Below are positions 8,901 through 18,183 of a stretch of DNA of 64,000 nucleotides, piece by piece. This DNA is from Acidobacteriota bacterium. GTDB lineage: Bacteria > Acidobacteriota > Thermoanaerobaculia > Gp7-AA8. The translations under genes were made by a program, and so were the position numbers. The notes beneath the pieces were generated by a model that had not been told where the DNA came from, ran no database searches, and saw only the letters and a list, made by a program, of their open reading frames with translations. The stretch's first letter is position 1, and every line of letters starts with the position of its first letter. The stretch spans positions 352,798-416,797 of the forward strand of contig JAFATB010000025.1 of assembly GCA_019244185.1 (NCBI GenBank). The letters run 5' to 3'.

Positions 8901-11900
8901 GTCGATGCCGCTCTCGCCGTTCTGCGGTTCGTACACGCCGTCGTTGTCGGTGTCGCGCCAGACCTGATCGCCGAGGGAGAGCGTGCCGGACGGCAGGATG
9001 AAGCCGGCGTCGAACGTGCGGTTCGTCTCGAGCGCGGCCACGCTGAAGATCGGCGTGAGGCCGGCGGCGTCGGGATCGGAATCGGCGGCATCGTCGCCGC
9101 CCGCGTTCGGCGTCGTCGCGGACGTCGCGGCCGCGGGCTGCACGAACTCGATGAAGTACGGCAGGCCCGGCGCGAGATGTTCGAAGAGGTAGTAGCCGGG
9201 ACGTCCATACACGTCGTCGGCGGTGACGGTCGTGGCGATGAGCGGATCGCCGGCGCCCGGCTCGCGGGTGCCGTTGCCGTTGTCGAGATAGAGATGCACG
9301 GTGACGCCGTTGAGTCCATTCGTCACCGGCTCGTTCTGGATGCCGTCGTGGTTGCTGTCGAACCAGACGTAGTCGCCGGCGGCGCCGAACGCGGTCGGCA
9401 CGAGGCCGAAGTCGACGGTCGGATCGTTCTGGTTCGCGGCGAGCGTGACGAGGTGGGAGTTGCCGTTCGCATCGCCGTCGGAGTCTTCCGCGTCGTTCGT
9501 CGTGTCGCGCGCCGACGGAGTGTGATTCGGCGGGCGCACGATGTGGACGTAGTAGGCGCCGGGCGCGAGTCCCGGGAACGTGTACCAGCCGGGCGCGCCG
9601 GTGGGCGAATCGCTGGTGATCGTCGACGCGAGCGGCACGTCGTCGAGCGTTCCGACGACGCCGTCGGCGCCGGGCGAATAGAGCGTCACCGGCACGCCGT
9701 TGAGTCCCGTCGGTCCGTCGTTCTGGATGCCGTCGTCGTTCGTGTCGAGCCAGACGTAGTCGCCGAGGCTTGCGGCGTCGCAGGCGCCGAGCGCGATGCC
9801 GACCTTCTGCGGTTCGGCGGCGAGCGAGCCGAGTCCGTCGGCGCGGTCGGCCTGATACGCGAACGAGTTGTACGCGATCGCGCTGGGCGGCACGTTGCCC
9901 GGCGTCGTCATGACGAACGTGAACTCGATGAAGTCGAACGGATTGACGACGCGGTTGCCGAATTCGAGCTTGAACGAACGCACGCTCGTGATCGGATCGG
10001 GCGCGACGGACGTCCAGTTCGGCGGATCGCAGCTCGTCGTCGGTCCGCCCACTTCCCCGCGACATGGATTGCCGGACGTCGAGTAGTAGATGGTCGTGCC
10101 CGATGGCGGCACGATCGGCGCGGCGAGGAGCGGCGACCATTGCGAGCCGCGCGGGTTCGTGTCGCGCACGCCGGTGTCGCCGACGAACGGCAGGATGTCG
10201 ACGAGCACGAAGTTCTGCATCGGCACGGTGCCGACGTTCTGCACGCGCAGGTGGTATTCGATGCCGCCGCCCGTGAGCGTGCCCGCGGAAGACGACACCG
10301 CGCCGCCGTCGCACGTGCCTTTGATCGTTTTGCTGGAGACGAGCTGCGCGATGCCGGCCACGGTGAGCGTGCCGGTGGCGCGGCAGAGCGTCTCCGCGGT
10401 GTCGCCGTCGCCGTCGTAGTCGAGCGCGTCCGGCTGCGACGAGCCGCTGCAGCGCAGGGCGAGCGACGGCGCGTCGGAGTCCATGGTCACGTCGTTGGAC
10501 AGACTTCCGGACTGTGCGCCGTTGCGGATGGTCGTATTGATGTTGATCCAGACTTGCTGATTGACGCCGAGATTGCCGCTGCCGGCGTTCCAGCTCCAGC
10601 GCAGCAGCGTGCGGCCGGTGCCGGCGAAGTTCGGGATCTGCGTGAAGTTCTGCGGCGCGGGCAGGCCCGTGGCCTGATCGTCGAACGTCCAGCTGACGAA
10701 GACGAGATCGACCGGCAGGAGATCGGTGACGACGAGATCCTCCAGCGGCGCGGGATCGCTCGACTGCGCGGCGCTGCGCACGCGCAGACGCCAGGCGACG
10801 CTTTGTCCGGGATTGAAGGGACCGCCGCCGGAGAGGAGATCCTTCGCGGGATTGAGCTGCACGAACGGACCGCTGAGCGTGAAGGAGCGGCAGGCGTTGC
10901 GCGTGACGTTCGTCGGACCGGCGGTGTAGAGGGAGGTGAGGGCGGCGCAGTTCTGGATCGTGTCGCCGGCTGCGACGGGACCGCCGGCGTTGTCGGGATT
11001 GATGATGCGTCCGGTGATCTGCGGCCGCGTCGACGCCGACATCCCGGCGGCGGCCTGGCCGTACTCCCAGCGCACGCGCGTGACGTACTCGCCCGCGCCG
11101 AGGCCGGGAGGCGGCGCGGTGAGCGTCGTGTTGGTGGTCGTGTTCGGCGAGCTGCCCCACAGCGTGAAGACGCCGGGCGCGGTGTTCTTCTCGTAGCTGA
11201 CGCGCACGCCCTCGCCCGCGGCGAAGTCGGAGAGATTGTTGTACGCGCCGGTGGTGACGCTGGCGAGCTGCAGCTCGACCGGCAGCGTGTCGATGATGAC
11301 GAGGTTGTCGAGCGGCACGTTGCCGTTGTTCGACGGCACGAGCTCGTAGCTGAAGGTCTGGTTGAGCGTCGGCGGATTCGGCGAGCTGCCGGAGACGTTC
11401 TTCTGCAGTGCCGCGCCGGGCGAGGGCACGAACGTCGTGACGTTGTGCGTCGTCGAGCCGACGCCGAGGTTCTCCGACGGCTTGCCGAGCGGCGTCGCGT
11501 CGGCGGTGAAGGTGTTCGTCACGCTCGTGCCGGACGGAAACGTCGCCGACGGGAACGTGACGTTGACGCTGACGTCGCAGTTGCTGCCGGGCGTGAGCGG
11601 CGTCGCGCACGGCGAGGTCCACGTCACGGTCGCGGGCGTCGTGCCGACGCAGCCGGGCTGGCAGTCGGCGGCGGGCGTCGCGCCGTTGAACACCGTTCCC
11701 GAGGGCAGCGTATCGACGACGGGACCGATCGAGGTGAGGTTCAGCGTGCCGTCGGCGTTCGAGTTCGCGATGCGCAGCCGGTACGTCTCGGGCATGTTGA
11801 GATTCGCCGGCGACGTCGTTAGCGTCTTCGAGAGCGTCGCATTCTCGGCCGCGACCGCAGTGACGTTCACCGGCGGCGTGGTCATCGTGCCGGGCGACGG

Positions 11901-12335
11901 GCCGAGGTTCGTCCCGTCGGCGGTGTTCGTCGCGACGGTGCCGTCGGGAGTCGAACCGTTGGGGAACTTCACGTTGATGATGAGGTCCCCGCTATTGCCC
12001 GCGGGCAGCGGATTGATGAACGTGAACTGCACGCGCGTGCGTCCGGTGCCGCCGAAGTTCGGCGTCGTGTTGATCGCGGCGACGTCTCCGGTCGGACTCG
12101 CGGGCACGGTCGAGACGAGCTGCACTTCCGCCGGCAGGAGGTCGGTCACGCTCGCGTTGAGGCATGGTCCCGAGGTGCTGCTGCAGTTGTACGTGAGCCG
12201 GTAGCCGAATGTGGCGCCCGTCTGCTTCTTGTTGCCGGGATCGACCTGAATGGCCGATTTGACGAGCGGCTGCGCGGCGAGCTGCAGCGCGAACAGACAG
12301 GCCACGACCAGGAATCCGGAGCGGAAACGGAGCAC
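5928..12335 (-). CDS. Giant surface adhesin-like protein: DUF11/isopeptide-type Ig domains, 3 SdrD B-like domains, 4 GEVED modules, IPTL-CTERM
   Basis: Signal peptide; GD(Y/Q)VWxDxxxDG x3; D(Y/F)GDAP...GEVED x4; C-terminal IPTLDEWALLAVAALLAALAVRRLS. AGGAGG lies 5 nt before GTG 12335 (ORF track starts at 12341). Confidence 0.85.
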   Translation of the reverse strand: MLRFRSGFLVVACLFALQLAAQPLVKSAIQVDPGNKKQTGATFGYRLTYNCSSTSGPCLNASVTDLLPAEVQLVSTVPASPTGDVAAINTTPNFGGTGRTRVQFTFINPLPAGNSGDLIINVKFPNGSTPDGTVATNTADGTNLGPSPGTMTTPPVNVTAVAAENATLSKTLTTSPANLNMPETYRLRIANSNADGTLNLTSIGPVVDTLPSGTVFNGATPAADCQPGCVGTTPATVTWTSPCATPLTPGSNCDVSVNVTFPSATFPSGTSVTNTFTADATPLGKPSENLGVGSTTHNVTTFVPSPGAALQKNVSGSSPNPPTLNQTFSYELVPSNNGNVPLDNLVIIDTLPVELQLASVTTGAYNNLSDFAAGEGVRVSYEKNTAPGVFTLWGSSPNTTTNTTLTAPPPGLGAGEYVTRVRWEYGQAAAGMSASTRPQITGRIINPDNAGGPVAAGDTIQNCAALTSLYTAGPTNVTRNACRSFTLSGPFVQLNPAKDLLSGGGPFNPGQSVAWRLRVRSAAQSSDPAPLEDLVVTDLLPVDLVFVSWTFDDQATGLPAPQNFTQIPNFAGTGRTLLRWSWNAGSGNLGVNQQVWININTTIRNGAQSGSLSNDVTMDSDAPSLALRCSGSSQPDALDYDGDGDTAETLCRATGTLTVAGIAQLVSSKTIKGTCDGGAVSSSAGTLTGGGIEYHLRVQNVGTVPMQNFVLVDILPFVGDTGVRDTNPRGSQWSPLLAAPIVPPSGTTIYYSTSGNPCRGEVGGPTTSCDPPNWTSVAPDPITSVRSFKLEFGNRVVNPFDFIEFTFVMTTPGNVPPSAIAYNSFAYQADRADGLGSLAAEPQKVGIALGACDAASLGDYVWLDTNDDGIQNDGPTGLNGVPVTLYSPGADGVVGTLDDVPLASTITSDSPTGAPGWYTFPGLAPGAYYVHIVRPPNHTPSARDTTNDAEDSDGDANGNSHLVTLAANQNDPTVDFGLVPTAFGAAGDYVWFDSNHDGIQNEPVTNGLNGVTVHLYLDNGNGTREPGAGDPLIATTVTADDVYGRPGYYLFEHLAPGLPYFIEFVQPAAATSATTPNAGGDDAADSDPDAAGLTPIFSVAALETNRTFDAGFILPSGTLSLGDQVWRDTDNDGVYEPQNGESGIDDVRLDLYRDVNNDGEPTLDEFSGSSTTATSGGFAGRYRFDNLAPGNYIVVVAPENFNGGGALAGLTTSTGNDPAPDPDDDVNGDDNGTNVGALVASDPVTLTDNGEPTSEDGNNDTNLTVDFGFITGSVTPLLYDYGDAPDVGAGVAHNDYNTTALDNGPRHQLGVSNAPYLGACVDSDGGFAQNIAANADDLAAGTTTGTCSGGDDEDGVAFSGSFTPGATAAFSVTSGGPTPCTLDAWVDWNQNGVFNDNGEQIAASLVIPIGAPTVLNPAVPANALPGTTYARFRCSSAGGLAPTGPAADGEVEDYAVTVTGADFGDAPASYGSAEHVVDPLVPLYLGTCVDTETASQDSVGANGDDLATGTSRIGTCADDEDGVVLTSTFATCDPASFTVTSSGAAKLDAWIDYNGDGDFADAGEQIFINVPVIAGANALTTTVPCNATSGLTYARFRLSSAGGLTPTSDAADGEVEDYAFTIGAVDFGDAPDSYGTSLAADGPHHILVTGFSLGATVDAESNGQPSSGATGDGADEDGVLLPSALVACSTQNVTVTLTNTAGIATPRLDAWIDFDGNGTFDAGDRIATSLAVSAGANVIPVNVPCNAHTSASYARFRLSSTGIATPTGAATNGEVEDYAIDVEGLDFGDAPDPTYPTLLASNGARHVVLVANNPTLGPSVDTEADGAPSAGADGDDTAGIDDENGVTFAASYVSGTDGTVTLQAGATGGFVNLWVDYNHDGDWNDAGEHVVTDQLLAANTAQSFPMTVPLNTPAGTAVARARISSQTGLGVTGLAPDGEVEDHLVTIVAESPRIGVAMNVTSTYTGTCGVYDLVFDVRLENLGNVALSNVQATTPLASVFVPPATYSVTSITSSDLAVDPAYNGASNQNLLLAGATLQPGQTAIVHINVHLVANCEDKTYNVSTSGSGQSPEGVTVTDISQNGTDADPDNDDDPSNNDVATPVVIQQILPIPTLDEWALLAVAALLAALAVRRLS

Positions 12336-12487
12336 ACCCACCTCCTACCTTGCGCGAACGGATTTCGGGGGACGAGAAACGACCGCGCGCAGGGTAGCAT
12401 CCCGCGCGCAACAGAACGTCAGCGCGGCGCGAAAGAGGCGTCGTTTCGACGCAAAACTCCTCTGCCGCAATTCCGTATAAGCGGCGC

Positions 12488-13372
12488 ATGTCCCTCGAAC
12501 TGCGCATTGACGGCCTCTCGAAGACGTACTCCAACGGCGTTCGCGCGCTGCAGAACGTCACGCTGACGATCCCCACCGGCATGTTCGGCCTCCTCGGACC
12601 GAACGGCGCCGGCAAGTCGACGCTGATGCGCACGATCGCGACGCTGCAGGAAGCCGACGCCGGCTCGATCCTCCTCGGCGATCTCGACGTGCTGCGCCGC
12701 AAGGACGAAGTCCGCCGCGTGCTCGGCTATCTGCCGCAGGAGTTCGGCGTGTACCCGCGCGTGTCGGCCGAGGCGTTGCTCGATCACTTCGCGATCCTGA
12801 AGGGCATTCAGAATCGCAAGGAGCGCCGCGAGATCGTCACCGCGCTGCTGCAGCGCACGAATCTCTTCGAAGTCCGCAAACAGAACCTCGGCACGTTCTC
12901 CGGCGGCATGCGCCAGCGCTTCGGCATCGCGCAGGCGCTCCTCGGCAATCCGAAGCTGATCATCGTCGACGAGCCGACCGCGGGACTCGACCCCGGCGAG
13001 CGCGTGCGCTTTCACAATCTGCTCGCGGAGATCGGCGAGAACGTCATCGTCATCCTGTCGACGCACATCGTCGAAGACGTGAGCGACCTCTGCTCGCGCA
13101 TGGCCATCATTTCGCACGGCCGCGTGCTCGCGCAGGGTGATCCGCTCGAGGCGATGCGCGAGGTCGACGGCAAGATCTGGCGGCGGACGATCGCGAAGGA
13201 CGAGCTGGCCGCGTATCAGCGCGAGCACGCCGTCATCTCCACGCGCCTGGTGAGCGGACGCACGGTCGTGCACGTCTTCAGTGAAGCGCAGCCGGACGTC
13301 TCGTTCGAGCCGGTGCCCGCCAGCCTCGCCGACGTTTATTTTTCGACGCTGCATCAGGCGGAGGCAGCGTAG
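12488..13372 (+). CDS. ABC transporter ATP-binding protein
   Basis: GPNGAGKS, FSGGMRQR, IIVDEPT, STH motifs. Confidence 0.95.
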   Translation: MSLELRIDGLSKTYSNGVRALQNVTLTIPTGMFGLLGPNGAGKSTLMRTIATLQEADAGSILLGDLDVLRRKDEVRRVLGYLPQEFGVYPRVSAEALLDHFAILKGIQNRKERREIVTALLQRTNLFEVRKQNLGTFSGGMRQRFGIAQALLGNPKLIIVDEPTAGLDPGERVRFHNLLAEIGENVIVILSTHIVEDVSDLCSRMAIISHGRVLAQGDPLEAMREVDGKIWRRTIAKDELAAYQREHAVISTRLVSGRTVVHVFSEAQPDVSFEPVPASLADVYFSTLHQAEAA

Positions 13373-16300
13373 TGTTCGGAGCCATCGCGCGGTTCGAGCT
13401 GCGGTATCACCTCCGCGGCGCGCTGTTCTACATCCTCCTGCTCTCGTACTTTCTGCTCACGTTCGGCGCGGTGACCACGGACGCCGTGCAGATCGGCGGC
13501 GCGGTCGGCAACGTGCACCGCAACGCGCCGTTCGTGATCATGCAGTTCCTCCTGGTGATGAGCATCTTCGGGATCCTCACCACCACCGCCTTCGTAGCGA
13601 ACTCGATCCATCGCGACTTCGAGCTCGGCACCGACGCGCTCTTCTTCAGCGCGCCGATCAAACGGCTGCAGTTCCTCGCCGGCCGCTTCCTCGGCTCGTT
13701 CACCGTGGCCGTGCTCGTCTACACGGGCGTCGCGCTGGCGATCGTGATCGGCGGCGTGATGCCGTGGCTCGAGAAGGCGCGGCTCGGACCGTTCGAGCTG
13801 TACCCGTACGTCTTCTCGATCGTCTTCCTGGTCATCCCGAACCTGCTGCTCGCCGGCGCGATCTTCTTCTCCGTCGCGGCGCTGACGCGCAGTTTGATGG
13901 CGACATACGCGAGCGTGGTGGCGTTCCTCGTCGCGTACGCCGTCGCGGGCTCGCTGCTCGAAGACATCGACAACGAGAAACTCGGCGCGCTGCTCGATCC
14001 GTTTGGCTTCACCGCGTTCGGCGTGGCCACGCGCTACTGGACGGTCTTTCAGAAGAACACGCAGGTGCTGCCGCTCGGCGGCATCTATCTCTGGAACCGC
14101 GTGCTGTGGCTCGGGCTCGCGCTGGCCGTGCTCGCGTTCACGTTCTGGCGCTTCCGCTTCACCACCGGCACGCGCAAGGCGTCGCGCCGCGCGCGCAAGG
14201 CGGAGGCGATTGCAGAAGCGGACGTCGCCGCGCCGGCCGCGACGCTGCCGCACGTGGCGCAACGCTTCGGCGGCCGCTCCTCGTGGACGCAGTACTTTGC
14301 GACGGTCGGCCTCGAGACGCGCGGCATCTTCAAGAGCATCCCCTTCGCGATCATGCTGCTGCTCGGCGTGCTGAACGTCTGGGGCGGCGCGGTCAGCTTC
14401 GAAGACCTCTTCGGCACGCCGGTGTATCCCGCCACCCACCTCATGGTCGACGTGATCCAGGGCAACTTCGCGATCTTCGCGCTGCTGATCGCGGCGTTCT
14501 ACGCGGGCGACATCGTCTGGCGCGAGCGCAACCTGAAGCTGAGCGACGTCGTCGACGCGATGCCGGTGCCGACGTGGACGCAGTGGCTGGCGAAGCTGAC
14601 GTCGCTGGTGCTGGTCGTCTTCACGACCCTCGTCGCGGCGGTGCTGACCACGATCCTCATCCAGACCGTCAAGGGCTATCACCACTACGAGCTCGGCGTG
14701 TACGCGAAGTCGGTGCTGCAGATCGGCGTCTGGCTGGCGCTGCTGACCGGGCTCGCGTTCGTGATGCAGGTGCTGTTCAACCAGAAATTCGTCGGCTTCC
14801 TCGGCGTGATGCTCTACTTCGTGGTCAGCCGCGCGCTCCCCGCGCTCGACCACGAGCATCGCCTCTACCGCTTCGCCTCCGTGCCGCCGTTCGACTACTC
14901 GGACATGAACGGCTTCGGCCACTTCGTGAAGCCGATCGTCGCCTTCGACTCGTACTGGCTCCTGTTCGTCGCCATCCTCCTCGTCGCCGCGCATCTCTTC
15001 TGGGTACGCGGCACGGAAAGCGGACTGCGGCAGCGGCGCAGCCTGGCGCGGCAGCGCTTCAACGGCCGCGTCGCGGCGGCGCTCGCGCTGTTCGTCATCG
15101 GCTTCGCGGGGATCGGCGCCTACATCTACCACAACACCAACGTGCTCAATCGCTACCGCACGACGAAGGAGCGCGAGCGGCTGCAGGCGGACTACGAGAA
15201 GAAATACAAGCGCTTCGAGCGCGTCGCCCAGCCGCGCATCACCGACGTCGCCGCGGACGTCGATCTCTTCCCCGAGCGCCGCGCGGTCGACATCCGCGGC
15301 CATTACACGCTCGTCAACAAAACCGCCGCGCCGATCGCCGAGCTGCACGTCGTCGAAGACGTCAACGTGTTGACCACCACGGAGATCTCCATTCCCGGCG
15401 CGCGCGTGAAGAGCGACGACCGCACGCTCGGCTACACGATCTACACGCTCGCGGCGCCGCTCGCGCCGGGCGCGTCGCTGCCGCTCACGTTCCACACCGC
15501 CTTCGCCGCGCGCGGCTTCGTCAACGGCGAGTCGAACACGCAGGTCGTGGCGAACGGGACGTTCATCAACAGCTCGCAGTACTTCCCGCACCTCGGCTAC
15601 CAGCGCGGTCTCGAGCTGCAGGATCCGAACAAGCGCCGGCGCAACGGCCTCGGTCCGCTCGAGCGCATGCGCCCCGCGACCGATCTCGCCGCGCGCGGCA
15701 ACAACTACATCTCCACCGACTCCGACTGGCTGAACCTCGACACGACCGTCTCCACCGTCGCCGATCAGACCGCGATCGCGCCCGGTTACCTGCAGCGGAC
15801 GTGGACCGCGAACGGCCGCCGCTACTTCCGCTACAAGACCACCTCGCCGATCCTCGGCTTCTGGTCGTATCTCTCCGCGCGTTACTCCGTGAAGCGCGAC
15901 CAGTGGCACGGCATGCCGATCGAGGTCTACTACGACGCCAAGCATCCGTACAACGTCGACCGCATGATTTACGCGGTGAAGAAGTCGCTCGACTACTACA
16001 CCGCGCACTTCTCGCCTTACCAGCACCGCCAGGTGCGCATTCTCGAGTTCCCGCGCTACGAGCGCTTCGCGCAGTCGTTCCCGAACACGATCCCCTTCTC
16101 CGAATCGATCGGCTTCATCGCCGACCTGCGCGACAAGGACGCCATCGACTACGTCTACTACGTCACCGCGCACGAGGTCGGGCACCAGTGGTGGGCGCAT
16201 CAGGTCATCGGCGGCGCCGTGCAGGGCTCGACGATGCTCAGCGAGACGATGGCGCAGTACTCCGCGCTCATGGTGCAGGAGCACGAGTACGGCCCGGCGA

Positions 16301-16929
16301 AGATGCAGAAGTTCTTAAAGTACGAGCTCGATCGCTATCTGCGCGACCGCGGCGGCGAGCTCGTGGCGGAGATGCCGCTCGTGCGCGTCGAAGACCAGGG
16401 CTACATCCACTACCGCAAGGGCAGTCTCGTGATGTACGACCTGCGCGATGCGATCGGCGAGGACCGCGTCAACGCGGCGCTGGCGAAGTTCCTCCGCGAC
16501 TACGGCTTCCAGCAGCCGCCGTACACGACGGCGCCGGAGCTCGTGCGCTACTTCCGCGCCGTCGCGCCCGCGGACCGGCAGAACCTCATCACCGATCTCT
16601 TCGAGCGCATCACGCTCTACGACGTCGAGGCGCGCGACGCGTCCGCGACCAAACGCGCCGACGGCAAGTACGTCGTCACGATGACGGTCGCGGCGAAGAA
16701 GCTGCGCTCCGATGCAAAGGGCGAGGAACAGCCGGTGCCGGTCGATGACTGGATCGACATCGGCGTCCTCGGCGACGACGACAAGGTGCTCTTCTCCGAG
16801 AAGCGGCACATCACGAAAGCGTCGGAGACGTTCACGGTCGTCGTCAGCGAGAAGCCGAAGCGCGCGGGCATCGATCCGTTCAACAAACTGATCGACCGGA
16901 ATCCGAAGGACAACACGAAGAGCGTTTGA
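13372..16929 (+). CDS. ABC-2 type permease fused to M1 family aminopeptidase
   Basis: Two multi-TM permease halves, then a soluble domain with HEVGHQWW...SETMAQY and YRKGS (gluzincin HExxH+E). Confidence 0.9.
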   Translation: MFGAIARFELRYHLRGALFYILLLSYFLLTFGAVTTDAVQIGGAVGNVHRNAPFVIMQFLLVMSIFGILTTTAFVANSIHRDFELGTDALFFSAPIKRLQFLAGRFLGSFTVAVLVYTGVALAIVIGGVMPWLEKARLGPFELYPYVFSIVFLVIPNLLLAGAIFFSVAALTRSLMATYASVVAFLVAYAVAGSLLEDIDNEKLGALLDPFGFTAFGVATRYWTVFQKNTQVLPLGGIYLWNRVLWLGLALAVLAFTFWRFRFTTGTRKASRRARKAEAIAEADVAAPAATLPHVAQRFGGRSSWTQYFATVGLETRGIFKSIPFAIMLLLGVLNVWGGAVSFEDLFGTPVYPATHLMVDVIQGNFAIFALLIAAFYAGDIVWRERNLKLSDVVDAMPVPTWTQWLAKLTSLVLVVFTTLVAAVLTTILIQTVKGYHHYELGVYAKSVLQIGVWLALLTGLAFVMQVLFNQKFVGFLGVMLYFVVSRALPALDHEHRLYRFASVPPFDYSDMNGFGHFVKPIVAFDSYWLLFVAILLVAAHLFWVRGTESGLRQRRSLARQRFNGRVAAALALFVIGFAGIGAYIYHNTNVLNRYRTTKERERLQADYEKKYKRFERVAQPRITDVAADVDLFPERRAVDIRGHYTLVNKTAAPIAELHVVEDVNVLTTTEISIPGARVKSDDRTLGYTIYTLAAPLAPGASLPLTFHTAFAARGFVNGESNTQVVANGTFINSSQYFPHLGYQRGLELQDPNKRRRNGLGPLERMRPATDLAARGNNYISTDSDWLNLDTTVSTVADQTAIAPGYLQRTWTANGRRYFRYKTTSPILGFWSYLSARYSVKRDQWHGMPIEVYYDAKHPYNVDRMIYAVKKSLDYYTAHFSPYQHRQVRILEFPRYERFAQSFPNTIPFSESIGFIADLRDKDAIDYVYYVTAHEVGHQWWAHQVIGGAVQGSTMLSETMAQYSALMVQEHEYGPAKMQKFLKYELDRYLRDRGGELVAEMPLVRVEDQGYIHYRKGSLVMYDLRDAIGEDRVNAALAKFLRDYGFQQPPYTTAPELVRYFRAVAPADRQNLITDLFERITLYDVEARDASATKRADGKYVVTMTVAAKKLRSDAKGEEQPVPVDDWIDIGVLGDDDKVLFSEKRHITKASETFTVVVSEKPKRAGIDPFNKLIDRNPKDNTKSV

Positions 16930-16940
16930 ACGGCTCAGCC

Positions 16941-17666
16941 TCAGAGCTGCTCGAGCACGGCCACGATGCCGCCCGCGGTGGCGAGTCCCGCGAGCGTCGA
17001 GAAGATGAGCGCGGGGCGCGGACGCTCGTGGACGTGCGGGAGCAGATCGCTCGCGCCGAGGTAGAGGAGAAAGCCGGCGAAGAACGCGAGCTGGAAGGCG
17101 AGGATGCGCGGGTCGATGTGCAGCACGTTCGTCAAGAGCGCGCCTGCGACCGGCGCGAGCGCGTCGACGATCAGCAGCGACAGCGTGCGCCAGCGGCTGT
17201 TGCGCGTGGCCAGCATGAACGTCACGGTGTTGAGGCCATCCGCGAAATCGTGCGCGACGACGGCCAGCAGCACGACGATGCCGACCTCGTTGCCCGCCTG
17301 AAAGCCGACGCCGATGGCGAGGCCGTCGAGGAAGCTGTGGAACGAGAGACCGATCGCGCCAGCGAGGCCGACGTTGTGGTGGTGGCCCGGCGTGTCGTGC
17401 GACTTTTCGCTGTGGATGATGGTCAGCTTCTCGAGGAGGAAGATGCCGACGAAGCCGCCGACGACCGTGAGCGTCAGCCAGCGGATCGGCAGAGCATGGC
17501 TGTGCGACAGGTCGAAGAGCTCCGGCATCAGATCGAGGAAGACGACGCCGATCAGCAGGCCGGCCGAGAAGGCCATGATCGCCTGCAGCGAGCTGCGGTA
17601 GCGGAACGCGAACCCGCCGCCGGCGAGAGTCATCACAAACGCCAGCAGCGCCCAGACCGCACTCAT
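16941..17666 (-). CDS. ZIP family metal transporter
   Basis: HSFLDGLAIG, HDFADG, His-rich loop (GHHHN). Confidence 0.88.
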   Translation of the reverse strand: MSAVWALLAFVMTLAGGGFAFRYRSSLQAIMAFSAGLLIGVVFLDLMPELFDLSHSHALPIRWLTLTVVGGFVGIFLLEKLTIIHSEKSHDTPGHHHNVGLAGAIGLSFHSFLDGLAIGVGFQAGNEVGIVVLLAVVAHDFADGLNTVTFMLATRNSRWRTLSLLIVDALAPVAGALLTNVLHIDPRILAFQLAFFAGFLLYLGASDLLPHVHERPRPALIFSTLAGLATAGGIVAVLEQL

Positions 17667-17695
17667 GCGGGCGGGATTGTACAGAACGCGGACGC

Positions 17696-17724
17696 AAAAA
17701 AAGCGACGCCCGCGGCGTCGCTTT
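17696..17724 (-). terminator. Rho-independent terminator
   Basis: AAAGCGACGCC-CGC-GGCGTCGCTTT stem followed by a T run on the minus strand, just after the stop at 17750. Confidence 0.75.
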
Positions 17725-17749
17725 CGTGCTTCGGATTCTTCTTACGGCG

Positions 17750-17989
17750 TCAGGCGGCGTAGACGCGCACGAGGAAGACCGAGTCTTCCTTCTTCACCGT
17801 CGCAATCGATTCGAGACCGCGGGCGGGGCGCATGAAGCTGACCAGCTCGCAGTCGCTTTCGGTGATGTACTGCGCGATCGCGTCGGTCGCGTTCGTGGCC
17901 TCGACCACGGTCCGGCGGGCCTCGCCGTCATACGAAGGGCGGTGGGTGTATTCGTTCGTCAGTTCGCGTGCTTCGATCGTGTATTGCAA
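17750..17989 (-). CDS. Small hypothetical protein, 79 aa (MQYTIEARELTNEY...FLVRVYAA)
   Basis: TTG start preceded by GGAGGGG; GC3-biased codons; own terminator. It is the C-terminal part of the spurious 579-aa ORF. Confidence 0.7.
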   Translation of the reverse strand: MQYTIEARELTNEYTHRPSYDGEARRTVVEATNATDAIAQYITESDCELVSFMRPARGLESIATVKKEDSVFLVRVYAA

Positions 17990-18032
17990 AGCACCCCTCC
18001 GGAAAAGTTTGCGTCTCCCGCAAGTGAAGCTC

Positions 18033-18049
18033 AGCAATCGGCAGGCCAG
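18033..18049 (-). promoter_or_regulatory. Sigma-54 (-24/-12) promoter candidate
   Basis: Minus strand CTGGCCTGCCGATTGCT matches TGGC-N7-TTGC spacing, about 45 nt upstream of the 79-aa gene. Confidence 0.6.
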
Positions 18050-18064
18050 TATTTGAGAAAAACC

Positions 18065-18158
18065 GAATGAAGAACGCAGAACGCAGAATGAAGAATTGAG
18101 AACGGACGACTGGTGCTTTTTTCTACGTTCTTCATTCTGCGTTCTGCATTCTTCATTC
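18065..18158. repeat. Heptamer-repeat palindrome (GAATGAA/GAACGCA units, inverted arms)
   Basis: GAATGAAGAACGCAGAACGCAGAATGAAGAA ... TTCTTCATTCTGCGTTCTGCATTCTTCATTC. Confidence 0.85.
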
Positions 18159-18183
18159 AAGCGGCGCACAGCGCCGCGTCGAA

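Noticed and set aside
7911-11822. Very long alternative-frame and antisense ORFs (e.g. 1303 aa at 7911-11822, 1097 aa, 1155 aa, 976 aa)
   Set aside because: Arg/Ala/Gly-rich shadows of real genes, expected from high GC3 and stop-codon scarcity; no recognisable motifs.
12400-12470. c-di-GMP-I riboswitch-like words (GAAA...GACGCAAAAC) in the adhesin/ABC intergenic region
   Set aside because: The stem flanking GAAA does not pair and the GGCAAAC element is missing; would need an Rfam hit.
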